A stretch of DNA of 34,104 bases from Pseudoduganella sp. (lineage in GTDB: Bacteria; Pseudomonadota; Gammaproteobacteria; Burkholderiales; Burkholderiaceae_D), in assembly GCA_036386715.1 (NCBI GenBank), contig DASVVD010000364.1, positions 1 to 34,104 on the forward strand, in the 5' to 3' direction. Shown here piece by piece: positions 9,998-21,223 of the stretch (the stretch's first letter is position 1; every line of letters begins with the position of its first letter). The position numbers and the translations under genes were made by a program. Under the pieces are notes generated by a model. The model did not search any database. It saw only the letters and a program-made list of their open reading frames with translations, and had not been told where the DNA came from.

Positions 9998-10840
9998 CTA
10001 TTGCGCCGGCAGCCCGGCGATCACCGCCTGCAGGCCCTTCAGCGAAGCGGCCACGGTTTCCAGCTGGCCCATGCCGTTCGGGTATTCCTCCTGCTCGATG
10101 ATGATCCAGTCGGTGCCACCCTCCCGCCGCACGGCGCGCGTGAGGCCGGCCCAGTCGGTCTTGTCCTGGCCGATGATCGGCGTGCCCGTGCTGCCCTCGG
10201 CGAATTTGGCCTTGAAGTGCGTGGTGGTGGTGCGGCCCGGGTACTTCTTCACGTAGGCCACCGGGTCCTTGCCGGCATAGGTGGTCCAGCCCACGTCCTG
10301 CTGCATGATCGAGGCTTTCGGCGTGTTCTGCGCGATCACGTCCCACGGCGTGCTGCCGACGGCGCCGGCGAATTCCTCCGAGTGGTTGTGGTAGCCGATG
10401 CGCATGCCCTTGCCGGCCAGGCGGCCCGACAGCGCCGTCAATTCCTTGCTCATCTCGGCGCTGCCGGCGGTGGTCTTGCCGCGCGCATCCATCGAGATGA
10501 CCAGGTTCGAGCAGCCCAGCGTCTTGTAGAAGGCCGTGGTGGCCTCGAATTTGGCATCGGCCAGCGCGTCGAAGTGCATGTGCGCGCCGGCGCAGGCCAG
10601 CTTGTTCTTCTCCAGGAAGGCTTTCAGGCCGGCCGGGTTGTCCTTGTACGGCCCGAATTCGCCGGCGAATTCCACGCCGTCGAAACCGAGCTTGCCGATC
10701 TTCGACAGCGTGCCCTCGAAATCCTGCTTGATTTCATCCTTGACGGACCACAGCTGTACACCGAGGCGGGGCTGCGCCGCCTGGGCCAGCGTGGCGCTGC
10801 CGGCCAAGGCCAGCAGGGCGGCAATTTTTGTAATTTTCAT
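9998..10840 (-). CDS. Exported sugar phosphate isomerase/epimerase-family TIM-barrel protein
   Basis: C-terminal part of the 9998..12415 ORF. MKITKIAALLALAGSATLAQAA signal peptide with GGAG RBS; GVQLWSVK, GYHNHSEEF, QQDVGW, HFK, IIEQE. Confidence 0.88.
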   Translation of the reverse strand: MKITKIAALLALAGSATLAQAAQPRLGVQLWSVKDEIKQDFEGTLSKIGKLGFDGVEFAGEFGPYKDNPAGLKAFLEKNKLACAGAHMHFDALADAKFEATTAFYKTLGCSNLVISMDARGKTTAGSAEMSKELTALSGRLAGKGMRIGYHNHSEEFAGAVGSTPWDVIAQNTPKASIMQQDVGWTTYAGKDPVAYVKKYPGRTTTTHFKAKFAEGSTGTPIIGQDKTDWAGLTRAVRREGGTDWIIIEQEEYPNGMGQLETVAASLKGLQAVIAGLPAQ

Positions 10841-10863
10841 GTTGTCTCCGTTGTGGTAGAAAT

Positions 10864-12603
10864 TCAGATCCGGCCGGCCTTCAGCTCGTCCACCGCATGG
10901 GCGCAGGCGCGGGCGGTCAGCGCCATGAACGTCAGCGACGGGTTTTGCCAGGCCGAAGATGCCATCGAGGCGCCGTCGGTCACGAACAGGTTCGGCACAT
11001 CGTGTGCCTGGTTGAAACCGTTCAGCACCGAGGTCTTCGGATCGCGGCCCATGCGCGCGGTGCCCATCTCGTGGATCGACAGGCCGGGCGGCCAGTCTTC
11101 CAGCGATTTCATGCTTTTCCGAATATCCTTCAGGCCCAGGTCTTCGAGAATATTGGCGGCCGTATCGGCCATATCCTCCAGCATCCTGCGGTCGTTGTCC
11201 GAATAGGTGCAGTCGATATGCAGCTGTGGCATGCCCCATTTGTCCTTTTTGGTCGGGTGCAGGCTCACCATGTTTTCGTAGCGGGGCAGCATCTCGCCCT
11301 GGCCGCCGAGGCCGAAGTGCCAGTCGCCGGGCTTGCGGATCATTGCCTTGAAATCCTTGCCGAAACCCGGCTTGCCGGCCGCCGATGTCCAGCCATCGCG
11401 CCCGGCGCCACCCGACAGCGCATAGCCGCGCAGGAATTTCGGGTGCTTTTCCAGCACGTTGCGAAAGCGCGGGATGTAGGGCGAGGTGGGGCGGCGGCCC
11501 TGGTAGTAATCGTTCTCGAAACCTTCCACGCGGCCATAGGCGCCGGCGCCGAACAGGTGGTCCATCAGGTAGTGGCCCAGCACGCCGGACGAATTGGCCA
11601 GTCCGGTGGGGAAGGCCTCGGAGGTCGAGTTCAGCAGGATCGCCGTCGAGGCCAGCGTCGAGGCGCACAGCACCACCACTTTGGCATGGAATTCGCGCAT
11701 CTCCAGCGTGTTCGCGTCGATCACGCGCACCCCGGTGGCGCGGTTCGTCTTCGGATCGTATATCACGCTGTGCACGATGCTGTCGGTGGCGATGCGCAGC
11801 CGGCCGGTGGCGATGGCCGGCGGCAGGGTCGAACTTTGCGTGGAAAAGTAGGCCCCGAACGAGCAGCCGCGGTGGCATTGGCTGCGTGCCTGGCACTGGC
11901 CGCGGCCCTGCGCCAGCTGGGTTTCGCCGGGCGTGCGCAGGTTGGCGGTGCGGCCCATGATCATGCGCGCCGGCGCATGGCGTTCGTCGAACTTCTTCTT
12001 CAGCGCCAGTTCCACGGTGTTGAAGTCGAACGCCGGCAGGAACTCGCTGTCCGGCAGCACGGCCATGTTTTCCCGGCTGCCGCTGATACCCACGTGGCGC
12101 TCCACGTGGCTGTACCACGGCGCCAGGTCGGCATAGCGGATCGGCCAGTCCACGCCGTGGCCGTCCTTCAGGTTCGCCTCGAAATCGAGATCGCTCCAGC
12201 GGTACGACTGGCGTGCCCACATCAGCGACTTGCCGCCCAGCTGGTTGCCGCGGATCCAGCTGAACGGCCGGCCGTCCGGCGTGGAGTACGGCATGTCGCG
12301 GTCGTTGTTGAAGAACTGCTGCGTGTGTTCGTCGAACGCGTAGCACATCTTCTGGTTGAAGAACTGTTCGTCGGCCACTTTCGCATCGACCTTGCCGCGG
12401 TTGGGCATTTCCCACGGCGCCTTGTTTTCGCCGATATAGTCGACACCGTGTTCGACCGGCCGGCCGCGCTCGACCATCAGGGTCGACAGGCCGCGCTCGG
12501 TGAATTCCTTGGCGGCCCAGCCGCCGGTGATGCCGGAACCGACGACGATCGCGTCGAAACGTTCCGGGCTGCTCTTGATGTAAAACGACGAGACAGGTTC
12601 CAT
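10864..12603 (-). CDS. GMC family FAD oxidoreductase (glycoside 3-dehydrogenase large subunit-like)
   Basis: FDAIVVGSGITGGWAAKE, LGGKSLMWARQSYRW, DWPIRYADLAPWY, HEMGTARMG, QNPSLTFMALTARA; start at MEPVSS (12603). Confidence 0.92.
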   Translation of the reverse strand: MEPVSSFYIKSSPERFDAIVVGSGITGGWAAKEFTERGLSTLMVERGRPVEHGVDYIGENKAPWEMPNRGKVDAKVADEQFFNQKMCYAFDEHTQQFFNNDRDMPYSTPDGRPFSWIRGNQLGGKSLMWARQSYRWSDLDFEANLKDGHGVDWPIRYADLAPWYSHVERHVGISGSRENMAVLPDSEFLPAFDFNTVELALKKKFDERHAPARMIMGRTANLRTPGETQLAQGRGQCQARSQCHRGCSFGAYFSTQSSTLPPAIATGRLRIATDSIVHSVIYDPKTNRATGVRVIDANTLEMREFHAKVVVLCASTLASTAILLNSTSEAFPTGLANSSGVLGHYLMDHLFGAGAYGRVEGFENDYYQGRRPTSPYIPRFRNVLEKHPKFLRGYALSGGAGRDGWTSAAGKPGFGKDFKAMIRKPGDWHFGLGGQGEMLPRYENMVSLHPTKKDKWGMPQLHIDCTYSDNDRRMLEDMADTAANILEDLGLKDIRKSMKSLEDWPPGLSIHEMGTARMGRDPKTSVLNGFNQAHDVPNLFVTDGASMASSAWQNPSLTFMALTARACAHAVDELKAGRI

Positions 12604-12605
12604 GT

Positions 12606-13205
12606 TCAGAGTGCCCAGGTGCGGGTGGATCGGGTGAGCTTCAGGTTGCCCGTGAAACCGCCGGGGATCGGCAGGTAGGCCAGTTCGCGCGAGGCGCCCG
12701 CCTCGGATGTGTAATAGGCGAACGCCACGTAGCCCTTCAGCTGGCGGAAGAAGCGCCGGTCCTCGTCGGTAAAGGGCGCGGCGCCGTTGTCGATGGCATG
12801 CAGCAGTGCCACCTGGCGCGCCTGGGGCAGGGCGCCAAACCGCCTGCCGCCCTGCGATTGCGCTATCACCTCGATGCGCCCGAGGCCGGCGCGGAACGCG
12901 GCCTGTTCGGCTTCCGGCACGCAGGCCTTCAGCAGGTGGTCGACCGTGCGGTGCGCACCCACCGCCAGCGCGCCCGGTGTGTCCGTTTGCGGCAGGATCA
13001 ATTCGGCCAGCACGCCGGTCAGCGCCAGTTCCTCGCGCGTCAGCAGTTCGGGCGCGCCGCCATTGCCGGGGGCGGCGACCGCCGCCAGGATATCGCCACT
13101 CAGCGCCAGGCCGCACAGCGCACCGATGCGCAGCAGGGCGGAGCGGCGCGTGCCGTCGGGCTCTCGCGGCCCCTCTCTCGTCCCGTTTACTGTGTTATTC
13201 AACAT
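12606..13205 (-). CDS. Gluconate 2-dehydrogenase subunit 3 family (Tat-signal small subunit)
   Basis: TRRSALL twin-arginine motif; LILPQTDTPGA, AYYTSEAG, YLPIPGGF; immediately upstream of the GMC gene. Confidence 0.88.
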   Translation of the reverse strand: MLNNTVNGTREGPREPDGTRRSALLRIGALCGLALSGDILAAVAAPGNGGAPELLTREELALTGVLAELILPQTDTPGALAVGAHRTVDHLLKACVPEAEQAAFRAGLGRIEVIAQSQGGRRFGALPQARQVALLHAIDNGAAPFTDEDRRFFRQLKGYVAFAYYTSEAGASRELAYLPIPGGFTGNLKLTRSTRTWAL

Positions 13206-13262
13206 GTCTCCTCCAGGAATTACGACGAACTGACAGCGAAAGGCCAGCGATCGCGTGCCGCT

Positions 13263-14168
13263 TCAGGCCGGGGCCAGGCGTGGGCGGCGCATGCCGGAAC
13301 CGCGGCCGGCCAGCGACAGCTGGTACTGCTTGGGCGTGATGCCCACCACCGCGCGGAACTGCTTGGTGAAATAGCTCTGGCCGCCGAAGCCCGTTTCGGC
13401 GGCGACGCGGGCGATATTGTTCACCTGCGGCAGCAGGCGGCAGGCCTCGTGCACCTTCAGGTGCAGGATGTACTGTTTCGGCGTCAGCGAAAAATGCAGC
13501 TTGAACTTGCGTTCGAACGTCGACAGCGACATGCACGACAGTTTCGCCAGGTGCTCGATGCCGATGTGTTCCATCAGGTGCTCCTGCACGTATTCGATGC
13601 AGGCGCGGAATTCGTGGAAGGGCGCGATGATTTCCTGCGAGCGCTGCGCATCGCGCGAAAAGCCTTCGATGCCGACGATCTCGCCGTGGCGGTTGCGGAT
13701 CGGCGCCTTGGTCGTGAATAGCCAGGTCAGCGCGCCGTTCTCGCCGCCGAGCACTTCGAGCTTGTTCTTGACGGTCACGCCGCGCTCCATCACCGACAGG
13801 TCGTCGGCACGGATGCGGTCGGCGATATCGCGGCGGAAGAAGTCATGGTCGGTCTTGCCGAGGATATCGTTCACGTCGGCCCGGTTCACATCCCCCACCG
13901 CGCGCTGCTCCTGCAGCAGCCGGTTGCCCCAGACGAACTGCCCGGCCCTGTTCTTGGCGAAGTAATACATGTCGGACAGCGTGTCGAACAGCGCGCTGGG
14001 CGTGGAGATGCCGTGCTGGGTGAAAAAATTGGCACATTCCGCGTGGCTTTCGGCGCCGGCACGGCCTGCATCGGATGCCGCGCACGGCGCCATGCGGCCG
14101 GCCTGGTCCGTTTCGTTCCTTGCCCGCTGGGATACGATCATTCCCCTGCCAATGACCATGGTGCTCAT
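13263..14168 (-). CDS. AraC family regulator with N-terminal PAS domain
   Basis: PAS-like YYFAKNRAGQFVWGN...GKTDHDFF...TTKAPIRN..GEIVGIEG; AraC HTH IARVAAETGFGGQSYFTKQFRAVVGITPKQY; GGAG RBS. Confidence 0.9.
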   Translation of the reverse strand: MSTMVIGRGMIVSQRARNETDQAGRMAPCAASDAGRAGAESHAECANFFTQHGISTPSALFDTLSDMYYFAKNRAGQFVWGNRLLQEQRAVGDVNRADVNDILGKTDHDFFRRDIADRIRADDLSVMERGVTVKNKLEVLGGENGALTWLFTTKAPIRNRHGEIVGIEGFSRDAQRSQEIIAPFHEFRACIEYVQEHLMEHIGIEHLAKLSCMSLSTFERKFKLHFSLTPKQYILHLKVHEACRLLPQVNNIARVAAETGFGGQSYFTKQFRAVVGITPKQYQLSLAGRGSGMRRPRLAPA

Positions 14169-14242
14169 CGTGGCTGTCTCCGTCTTTTATGTGCTTTCGC
14201 TATGCTCAAATAGTAGCATTCCGGTAATTCCGGAAGTGTCAT

Positions 14243-14271
14243 GAAATCGGACAAATTTATAACGAAATCGG
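14243..14271. promoter_or_regulatory. Candidate AraC-type operator (direct repeat)
   Basis: GAAATCGG at 14243-14250 and 14264-14271, 21 bp apart, in the divergent intergenic region. Confidence 0.4.
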
Positions 14272-14371
14272 CAGCGGCCCGGCGGCGGGCGGACTGCCGA
14301 TTCTGTGCTAGCCGGCGCGGTCGCGCTCGTGTTAGATTGCGCTACCATTTCAACATCATAACGAGACAACC

Positions 14372-15205
14372 ATGCCTTCCCTGCTCCGAACCGCCCGCCT
14401 GGGCCTGCTGACCGCCGCCATCGCCTTCGCCGGCCCCGTGCTTGCCGCCGACGGGCAGTGGCAATCCCTCTTCAACGGCAAGGACCTGGCCGGCTGGACC
14501 ACCTGGATCAGCATGCAGCCCACGTCCGACAACATGAAGGCGCCGACCTCGAGCCGCGGCGCGAACAGCGATCCGAAGAAGGTGTTTTCCGTGGTGGACG
14601 GCATGCTGCGCGTGTCGGGCGAGGAGTGGGGCGCCGTCAATACCGTGGGCGAATACGGCAATTTCCACCTGAAGTTCGACTTCAAGTGGGGCGAGAAAAA
14701 GTGGTTCCCGCGGCTCGATGCGCCACGCGACAGCGGAGTGCTGTACTACGCGGTCGGGCCCGAGGGCGCGCAGAGCGGCCACTGGATGCGCAGCCACGAG
14801 TTCCAGCTGCAGGAAGGCGACTGCGCCGACTACCACAGCCTCGATGGCGTGACGGTGGATGCGCACGTGGGCGATGCCAACCAGGGCGACTGGAAATTCT
14901 ATCGCTACGAGCCATCGCTGCCGGAGCGCACCGGCCTGGCGGCGCGCATCCTGAAGAAAGGCAACTACGAGAAGCCGTCCGGCCAGTGGAACACGATGGA
15001 AGTGATCGCCGACGGCAAGACACTGATCCACATCGTCAACGGGCACGAAGTGCTGCGCGTCACCAATTCCCTGCAGAAGGTGGACGGCAAGATGGTGCCG
15101 CTGGCACGCGGCAAATTCTCGATCCAGTCGGAAGGGGCCGAGGCTTTCTACCGGAATATCCAGGTGAAGCAGCTGGACGGCCCGGCAGCGACGGCGAAGT
15201 TCTGA
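14372..15205 (+). CDS. DUF1080 (3-keto-disaccharide hydrolase family) exported protein
   Basis: Signal peptide; WQSLFNGKDLAGW, YGNFHLKFDFKWG, RDSGVLY, EFQLQEG, GQWNTMEV, IQSEGAEAFYRNI. Confidence 0.9.
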   Translation: MPSLLRTARLGLLTAAIAFAGPVLAADGQWQSLFNGKDLAGWTTWISMQPTSDNMKAPTSSRGANSDPKKVFSVVDGMLRVSGEEWGAVNTVGEYGNFHLKFDFKWGEKKWFPRLDAPRDSGVLYYAVGPEGAQSGHWMRSHEFQLQEGDCADYHSLDGVTVDAHVGDANQGDWKFYRYEPSLPERTGLAARILKKGNYEKPSGQWNTMEVIADGKTLIHIVNGHEVLRVTNSLQKVDGKMVPLARGKFSIQSEGAEAFYRNIQVKQLDGPAATAKF

Positions 15206-15209
15206 AACC

Positions 15210-15275
15210 AAAAACCCGGGACAGTCCCTGGTTTCTAGGAAATTTCCTCAAAACAAGGGACTGTCCCGGGTTTTT
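15210..15275. repeat. REP-doublet-like inverted repeat, probable bidirectional terminator
   Basis: AAAAACCCGGGACAGTCCCT (15210-15229) and its exact reverse complement (15256-15275), between convergent genes; each arm contains the palindrome GGGAC-N-GTCCC. Confidence 0.75.
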
Positions 15276-15292
15276 TTGTTGTCTTTCGGCGT

Positions 15293-16216
15293 TTATACCG
15301 CCCGCGATCGCTCCCAGTAGCCCTTGGCGTTGTAGACCTTCTTCAGGTGATCGATGAAGTGCCGGATCTTTGCCGGCAGGTAGCGCTGCTGCGGGTAGAC
15401 CGCCTGGATCGGGTAGCTCGGCACTGCGTATTCGTCGAGCACGGTCACCAGTTCGCCGCGTTTGAGTTCGGCCTGGATTTCCCAGGTCGAGCGCCAGCCG
15501 ATGCCGAGTCCCTGCTTGACCCAGTCGAACAGCAGTTCGCCGTCGTTGCAGGACAGGTCGCCATCGACGCGCACGGCGACCGGCTTGCCATCGGCCTGGA
15601 AGGTCCAGCCGCGCTGCTGGCCGCCCTGCAGGTTGAAGGCCAGGCAGTTGTGGCGCACCAGGTCGTCCGGCGTGCGCGGAATGCCGTGGCGCTCGAAATA
15701 GCCGGGAGTGCCGCACACCACGCGGCGGTTCGGGAACAGCGGCACGGCCACGTAGTTCGGATCGGTCACTTCGCCGATGCGGATCGACATGTCGTAGCCC
15801 TCGCGCACCAGGTCCACCACGCTGTCGGTCAGGTTGAACGACATTTTCAGCTCGGGGTGATGCGAGCGGAATTCCGGGGCGTGCGGCGCCACGTGCGAGC
15901 GGCCGAACGCGGCGGGCGCGGAGACCACCAGGTGGCCCCGCACGGTGGCGCGCCCGGCGCTGATGCTGTTCTCGGCGATGTCGAAATCGCGCAACAGCTG
16001 GCGGCACGGTTCGATGAATTGCTCGCCCAGCGCGGTCAGCGTGAGGCCGCGGGTGGAACGGTGCATCAGGCGCACGCCCAGGCGGCGCTCGAGGGCATCG
16101 AGGCGGCGGCCCATGACGACGGGGGTCACGCCTTCTGCTACGGCGGCAGCGGCAAAGCTGCCTTTTTCAGTCACCAGTAAAAAACTGCGAATTTCTGTAT
16201 AACGGTCCAATTCCAT
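15293..16216 (-). CDS. LysR family regulator, probable regulator of the gcl operon
   Basis: GSFAAAA...LERRLGVRLMHRSTRGLTLT HTH plus substrate-binding domain; divergent from gcl. Confidence 0.92.
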   Translation of the reverse strand: MELDRYTEIRSFLLVTEKGSFAAAAVAEGVTPVVMGRRLDALERRLGVRLMHRSTRGLTLTALGEQFIEPCRQLLRDFDIAENSISAGRATVRGHLVVSAPAAFGRSHVAPHAPEFRSHHPELKMSFNLTDSVVDLVREGYDMSIRIGEVTDPNYVAVPLFPNRRVVCGTPGYFERHGIPRTPDDLVRHNCLAFNLQGGQQRGWTFQADGKPVAVRVDGDLSCNDGELLFDWVKQGLGIGWRSTWEIQAELKRGELVTVLDEYAVPSYPIQAVYPQQRYLPAKIRHFIDHLKKVYNAKGYWERSRAV

Positions 16217-16251
16217 ACTCCAAGTATCGACTGATCGAATACTAGCAGCAA

Positions 16252-16280
16252 TTCAACACTCTGCGCCATCTCCGTATGCT
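16252..16280 (+). promoter_or_regulatory. Candidate sigma70 promoter of the gcl operon
   Basis: TTCAAC-N17-TATGCT upstream of the AGGAG RBS; an imperfect dyad AGTATCGA...TCGAATACT just upstream could be a LysR site. Confidence 0.35.
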
Positions 16281-16311
16281 GGGACCATTCACATGAACCC
16301 AGGAGACGAGC

Positions 16312-18090
<1,779 letters not shown>

Positions 18091-18155
18091 TCGGTAGCCA
18101 GTAGCCAGCAACCAGCAATCAACAAGCACGTAACAGGCAACAAAGGAGAACCACC

Positions 18156-18932
18156 ATGCCAAGATTCGCAGCCAACCTGACCATGCTCTTCAACGAGCTG
18201 CCGTTCCTGGAACGCTTCAAGGCCGCGGCCGACGCCGGCTTCAAGGGTGTCGAGTACCTGTTCCCGTACCCGTTCGCCAAGGAAGAACTGGCGGCGCAGC
18301 TGGAACAGCACGGCCTGACGCAGGTGTTGCACAACCTGCCGGCCGGGAACTGGGAAAAGGGCGAGCGGGGCATTGCCTGCCACCCGGACCGCGTGGAAGA
18401 GTTCCGCGAAGGCGTGGACCGGGCGATCGAGTACGCCACCGCGCTGCGCTGCCGCACCGTCAACTGCCTGGTCGGCATTGCGCCGGCCGGCGTGAGCGAG
18501 GACGTGCTGCGCCAGACGGTGGTCGACAACCTGGCCTACGCCGCGGCGAAGCTGAAGGCAGCGGGCATCCGCCTGCTGGTCGAGCCGATCAACACGTACG
18601 ACATTCCGGGCTTCTACCTGAACCGCACGGAACAGGCGCTGCGCATCCTGGATGAAGTGGGCTCCGACAACCTGTTCGTGCAGTACGACGTGTACCACGC
18701 CCAGCGCACCGAAGGGGAACTGGGCGCCACGCTGGCGCGCCATCTCGACCGCATCGGCCACATCCAGGTGGCCGACAACCCGGGGCGCAACGAACCGGGC
18801 ACCGGCGAGATCAACTATGCCTGGCTGTTCCGCCACATCGACAAGCTGGGCTACGACGGCTGGATCGGCTGCGAATACAAGCCCGCCGGCGACACGCGCG
18901 ACGGCCTGCGCTGGCTGGAAGCAGTGAAGTAA
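18156..18932 (+). CDS. hyi: Hydroxypyruvate isomerase
   Basis: MPRFAANLTMLF, VEYLFPY, LHNLPAGNW, HIQVADNPGRNEPGTGEINY; follows gcl. Confidence 0.95.
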   Translation: MPRFAANLTMLFNELPFLERFKAAADAGFKGVEYLFPYPFAKEELAAQLEQHGLTQVLHNLPAGNWEKGERGIACHPDRVEEFREGVDRAIEYATALRCRTVNCLVGIAPAGVSEDVLRQTVVDNLAYAAAKLKAAGIRLLVEPINTYDIPGFYLNRTEQALRILDEVGSDNLFVQYDVYHAQRTEGELGATLARHLDRIGHIQVADNPGRNEPGTGEINYAWLFRHIDKLGYDGWIGCEYKPAGDTRDGLRWLEAVK

Positions 18933-19001
18933 CGACATCAGGTGCTGCGCGACGAACCGCAGCACGAACGCATAACTGACGAGAACACAGAGGAGAACAT
19001 C

Positions 19002-19904
19002 ATGGCAAATATCGGATTCATCGGCCTGGGCATCATGGGCGCCCCAATGGCAAAACACCTGGCGGACAACGGCCACAAGCTGTTCACCTATTCGCAGACG
19101 CCGACGCCTTCGAACCTGATCGAAGCCGGCGCCAGCGTGTGCGCCTGCGGTACCGACGTGGCGAAAGCCGCCGACATCATCATCGTGATGGTGCCGGACA
19201 CGCCGCACGTGGAAGACGTGCTGTTCGGCGAGCACGGCCTGTCGAAAGGCCTCACCGCCGGCAAGATCGTGGTCGACATGAGCTCGATCTCGCCGGTCGC
19301 CACCAAGGAATTCGCCAAGCGCATCAACGCGCTGGGCTGCGAATACCTCGATGCGCCGGTCTCCGGCGGCGAAGTGGGCGCCAAGGCCGCATCGCTGACC
19401 ATCATGGTCGGCGGCAGCGAGAAGGCATTCGAGACCGTGAAACCGCTGTTCCAGCTGATGGGCAAGAACATCACGCTGGTGGGCGGCAACGGCGACGGCC
19501 AGATCACCAAGGTGGCCAACCAGATCATCGTGGCGCTGACGATCGAAGCGGTCGGCGAAGCGCTGCTGCTGGCATCGAAGGCCGGCGCCGATCCGGCCCG
19601 CGTGCGTGAAGCGCTGATGGGCGGCTTTGCCGCGTCGCGCATCCTGGAAGTGCACGGCGAGCGCATGATCAAGCGCACCTTCGACCCGGGCTTCCGCATC
19701 GACCTGCACCGCAAGGACCTGAACCTGGCCCTGACGACCGCGCGCCAGCTGAACATGTCGCTGCCGAACACCGCGACCGCGCAGGAACTGTTCAACGCCT
19801 GCGCCGCGCGCGACGGCGGCGGCTGGGACCACTCGGCCATGGTGCGCGCACTCGAAGTGATGGCCAATTTCGAGATCGGCCAGCAGGCAGGGAACTCGAA
19901 ATGA
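19002..19904 (+). CDS. glxR: 2-hydroxy-3-oxopropionate (tartronate semialdehyde) reductase
   Basis: IGFIGLGIMGAPMA, DAPVSGGEVGA, KVANQIIVA, FDPGFRIDLHRKDL; AGGAG RBS before ATG 19002. Confidence 0.93.
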   Translation: MANIGFIGLGIMGAPMAKHLADNGHKLFTYSQTPTPSNLIEAGASVCACGTDVAKAADIIIVMVPDTPHVEDVLFGEHGLSKGLTAGKIVVDMSSISPVATKEFAKRINALGCEYLDAPVSGGEVGAKAASLTIMVGGSEKAFETVKPLFQLMGKNITLVGGNGDGQITKVANQIIVALTIEAVGEALLLASKAGADPARVREALMGGFAASRILEVHGERMIKRTFDPGFRIDLHRKDLNLALTTARQLNMSLPNTATAQELFNACAARDGGGWDHSAMVRALEVMANFEIGQQAGNSK

Positions 19905-21163
19905 TCGCCGCGCCGCGTGAACTGTTAGGGGCAATGTTTACTGCCGCCGTGAACGCGGCGCAGCCATCGCTGACCATCGGCCGCCACCTGCCGCCGGCGC
20001 CCAAGGGCCGCACCATCGTCATCGGCGCCGGCAAGGCGTCGGCGGCGATGGCCCGGGCGCTCGAAGAGCACTGGCCGGGCAAGCTCGAAGGCGTGGTGGT
20101 CACGCGCTACGGCTATGCCGTGCCGTGCGAGCGCATCGAGATCCTCGAGGCGGCCCACCCGGTGCCGGATGCGGCCGGCCGCGTGGCGGCCGAGCGTATC
20201 CTGGCCGCGGTGCAGGGACTGACCAGCGACGACCTGGTCATCTGCCTGATTTCCGGCGGCGGCTCGTCGCTGCTGCCGCTGCCGGGCGTCGGCGTGACAC
20301 TGGAGGACAAGCAGGCGATCAACCGCGCGCTGCTGTCTTGCGGCGCCACGATCACCGAGATGAACTGCGTGCGCCGCCACCTGTCCGCCATCAAGGGCGG
20401 GCGGCTGGCCGCGGCGTGCTACCCGGCGCGCGTGGTCAACCTCCTGATTTCCGACGTGCCGGGCGACCACCCGGCCGATATCGCCTCCGGCCCGACCGTG
20501 GGCGATGCCACCACCTGCGCCGATGCGCTGGCCATCGTGAAGCGCTACGGCATCGAACTGCCGGCCGGTGCACGCCGCCTGCTCGAAAGCGGTGAGGGCG
20601 AAACACTCAAGCCGGGCGACCGGCGCCTGGAAAACGTCAGCACCCACATCATCGCCTCGCCGCAGATGGCGCTGGAAGCGGCGGCCGCCGTGGCGCTCGA
20701 CGCCGGCGTCACGCCGTTCATCCTGGGCGACAGCATCGAGGGCGAAGCCCGCGAAGTGGCCCGCGTGATGGCCGGCATCTCGCTGCAGGTGCAGCGGCAC
20801 AGCCAGCCGGTGGCACCGCCCTGCGTGCTGCTGTCCGGCGGTGAAACCACGGTGACCGTGCGCGGCAATGGCCGCGGCGGGCGCAACGTGGAATTCCTGC
20901 TGGCGTTGGCGGTGGCCCTCGACGGCGCGCCGAACCTGCACGCCGTGGCGGCCGATACCGACGGTGTCGACGGCGCCGAGGAAGTGGCCGGCGCCTTCAT
21001 CGGCCCGGACACATTGGCCCGCGCCTGGGCCAACGGCATCCGCCCGCGCGACAGCCTGGACAACAATGACGGGCATGGTTTCTTCGGCGCGCTTGGCGAC
21101 GCGCTGATCACCGGCCCCACACTTACGAACGTCAACGACTTCCGGGCGATTTTGTTGCTTTGA
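19901..21163 (+). CDS. ttuD: Glycerate 2-kinase, MOFRL/TtuD family
   Basis: IGAGKASAAMA, EAAHPVPD, LISGGGSSL, SGGETTV, GRGGRN, DTDGVDG, TGPTLTNVNDFRA. Confidence 0.9.
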   Translation: MIAAPRELLGAMFTAAVNAAQPSLTIGRHLPPAPKGRTIVIGAGKASAAMARALEEHWPGKLEGVVVTRYGYAVPCERIEILEAAHPVPDAAGRVAAERILAAVQGLTSDDLVICLISGGGSSLLPLPGVGVTLEDKQAINRALLSCGATITEMNCVRRHLSAIKGGRLAAACYPARVVNLLISDVPGDHPADIASGPTVGDATTCADALAIVKRYGIELPAGARRLLESGEGETLKPGDRRLENVSTHIIASPQMALEAAAAVALDAGVTPFILGDSIEGEAREVARVMAGISLQVQRHSQPVAPPCVLLSGGETTVTVRGNGRGGRNVEFLLALAVALDGAPNLHAVAADTDGVDGAEEVAGAFIGPDTLARAWANGIRPRDSLDNNDGHGFFGALGDALITGPTLTNVNDFRAILLL

Positions 21164-21223
21164 TCTCTGCTGCTTGATCTCTGCCGCCCCGAACCCTTGA
21201 CCACCTGCACCTTTGGAGAACGC

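Noticed and set aside
9998-13116. Apparent long fusions in the ORF track (805-aa 9998..12415, 750-aa 10864..13116, 613-aa 8505..10346, 442-aa 4272..5600)
   Set aside because: The N-terminal extensions are low-complexity alternate-frame translations overlapping upstream genes; real starts with RBS or motif boundaries lie downstream. The SO-P450 ORF differs in having two real domains in one frame.
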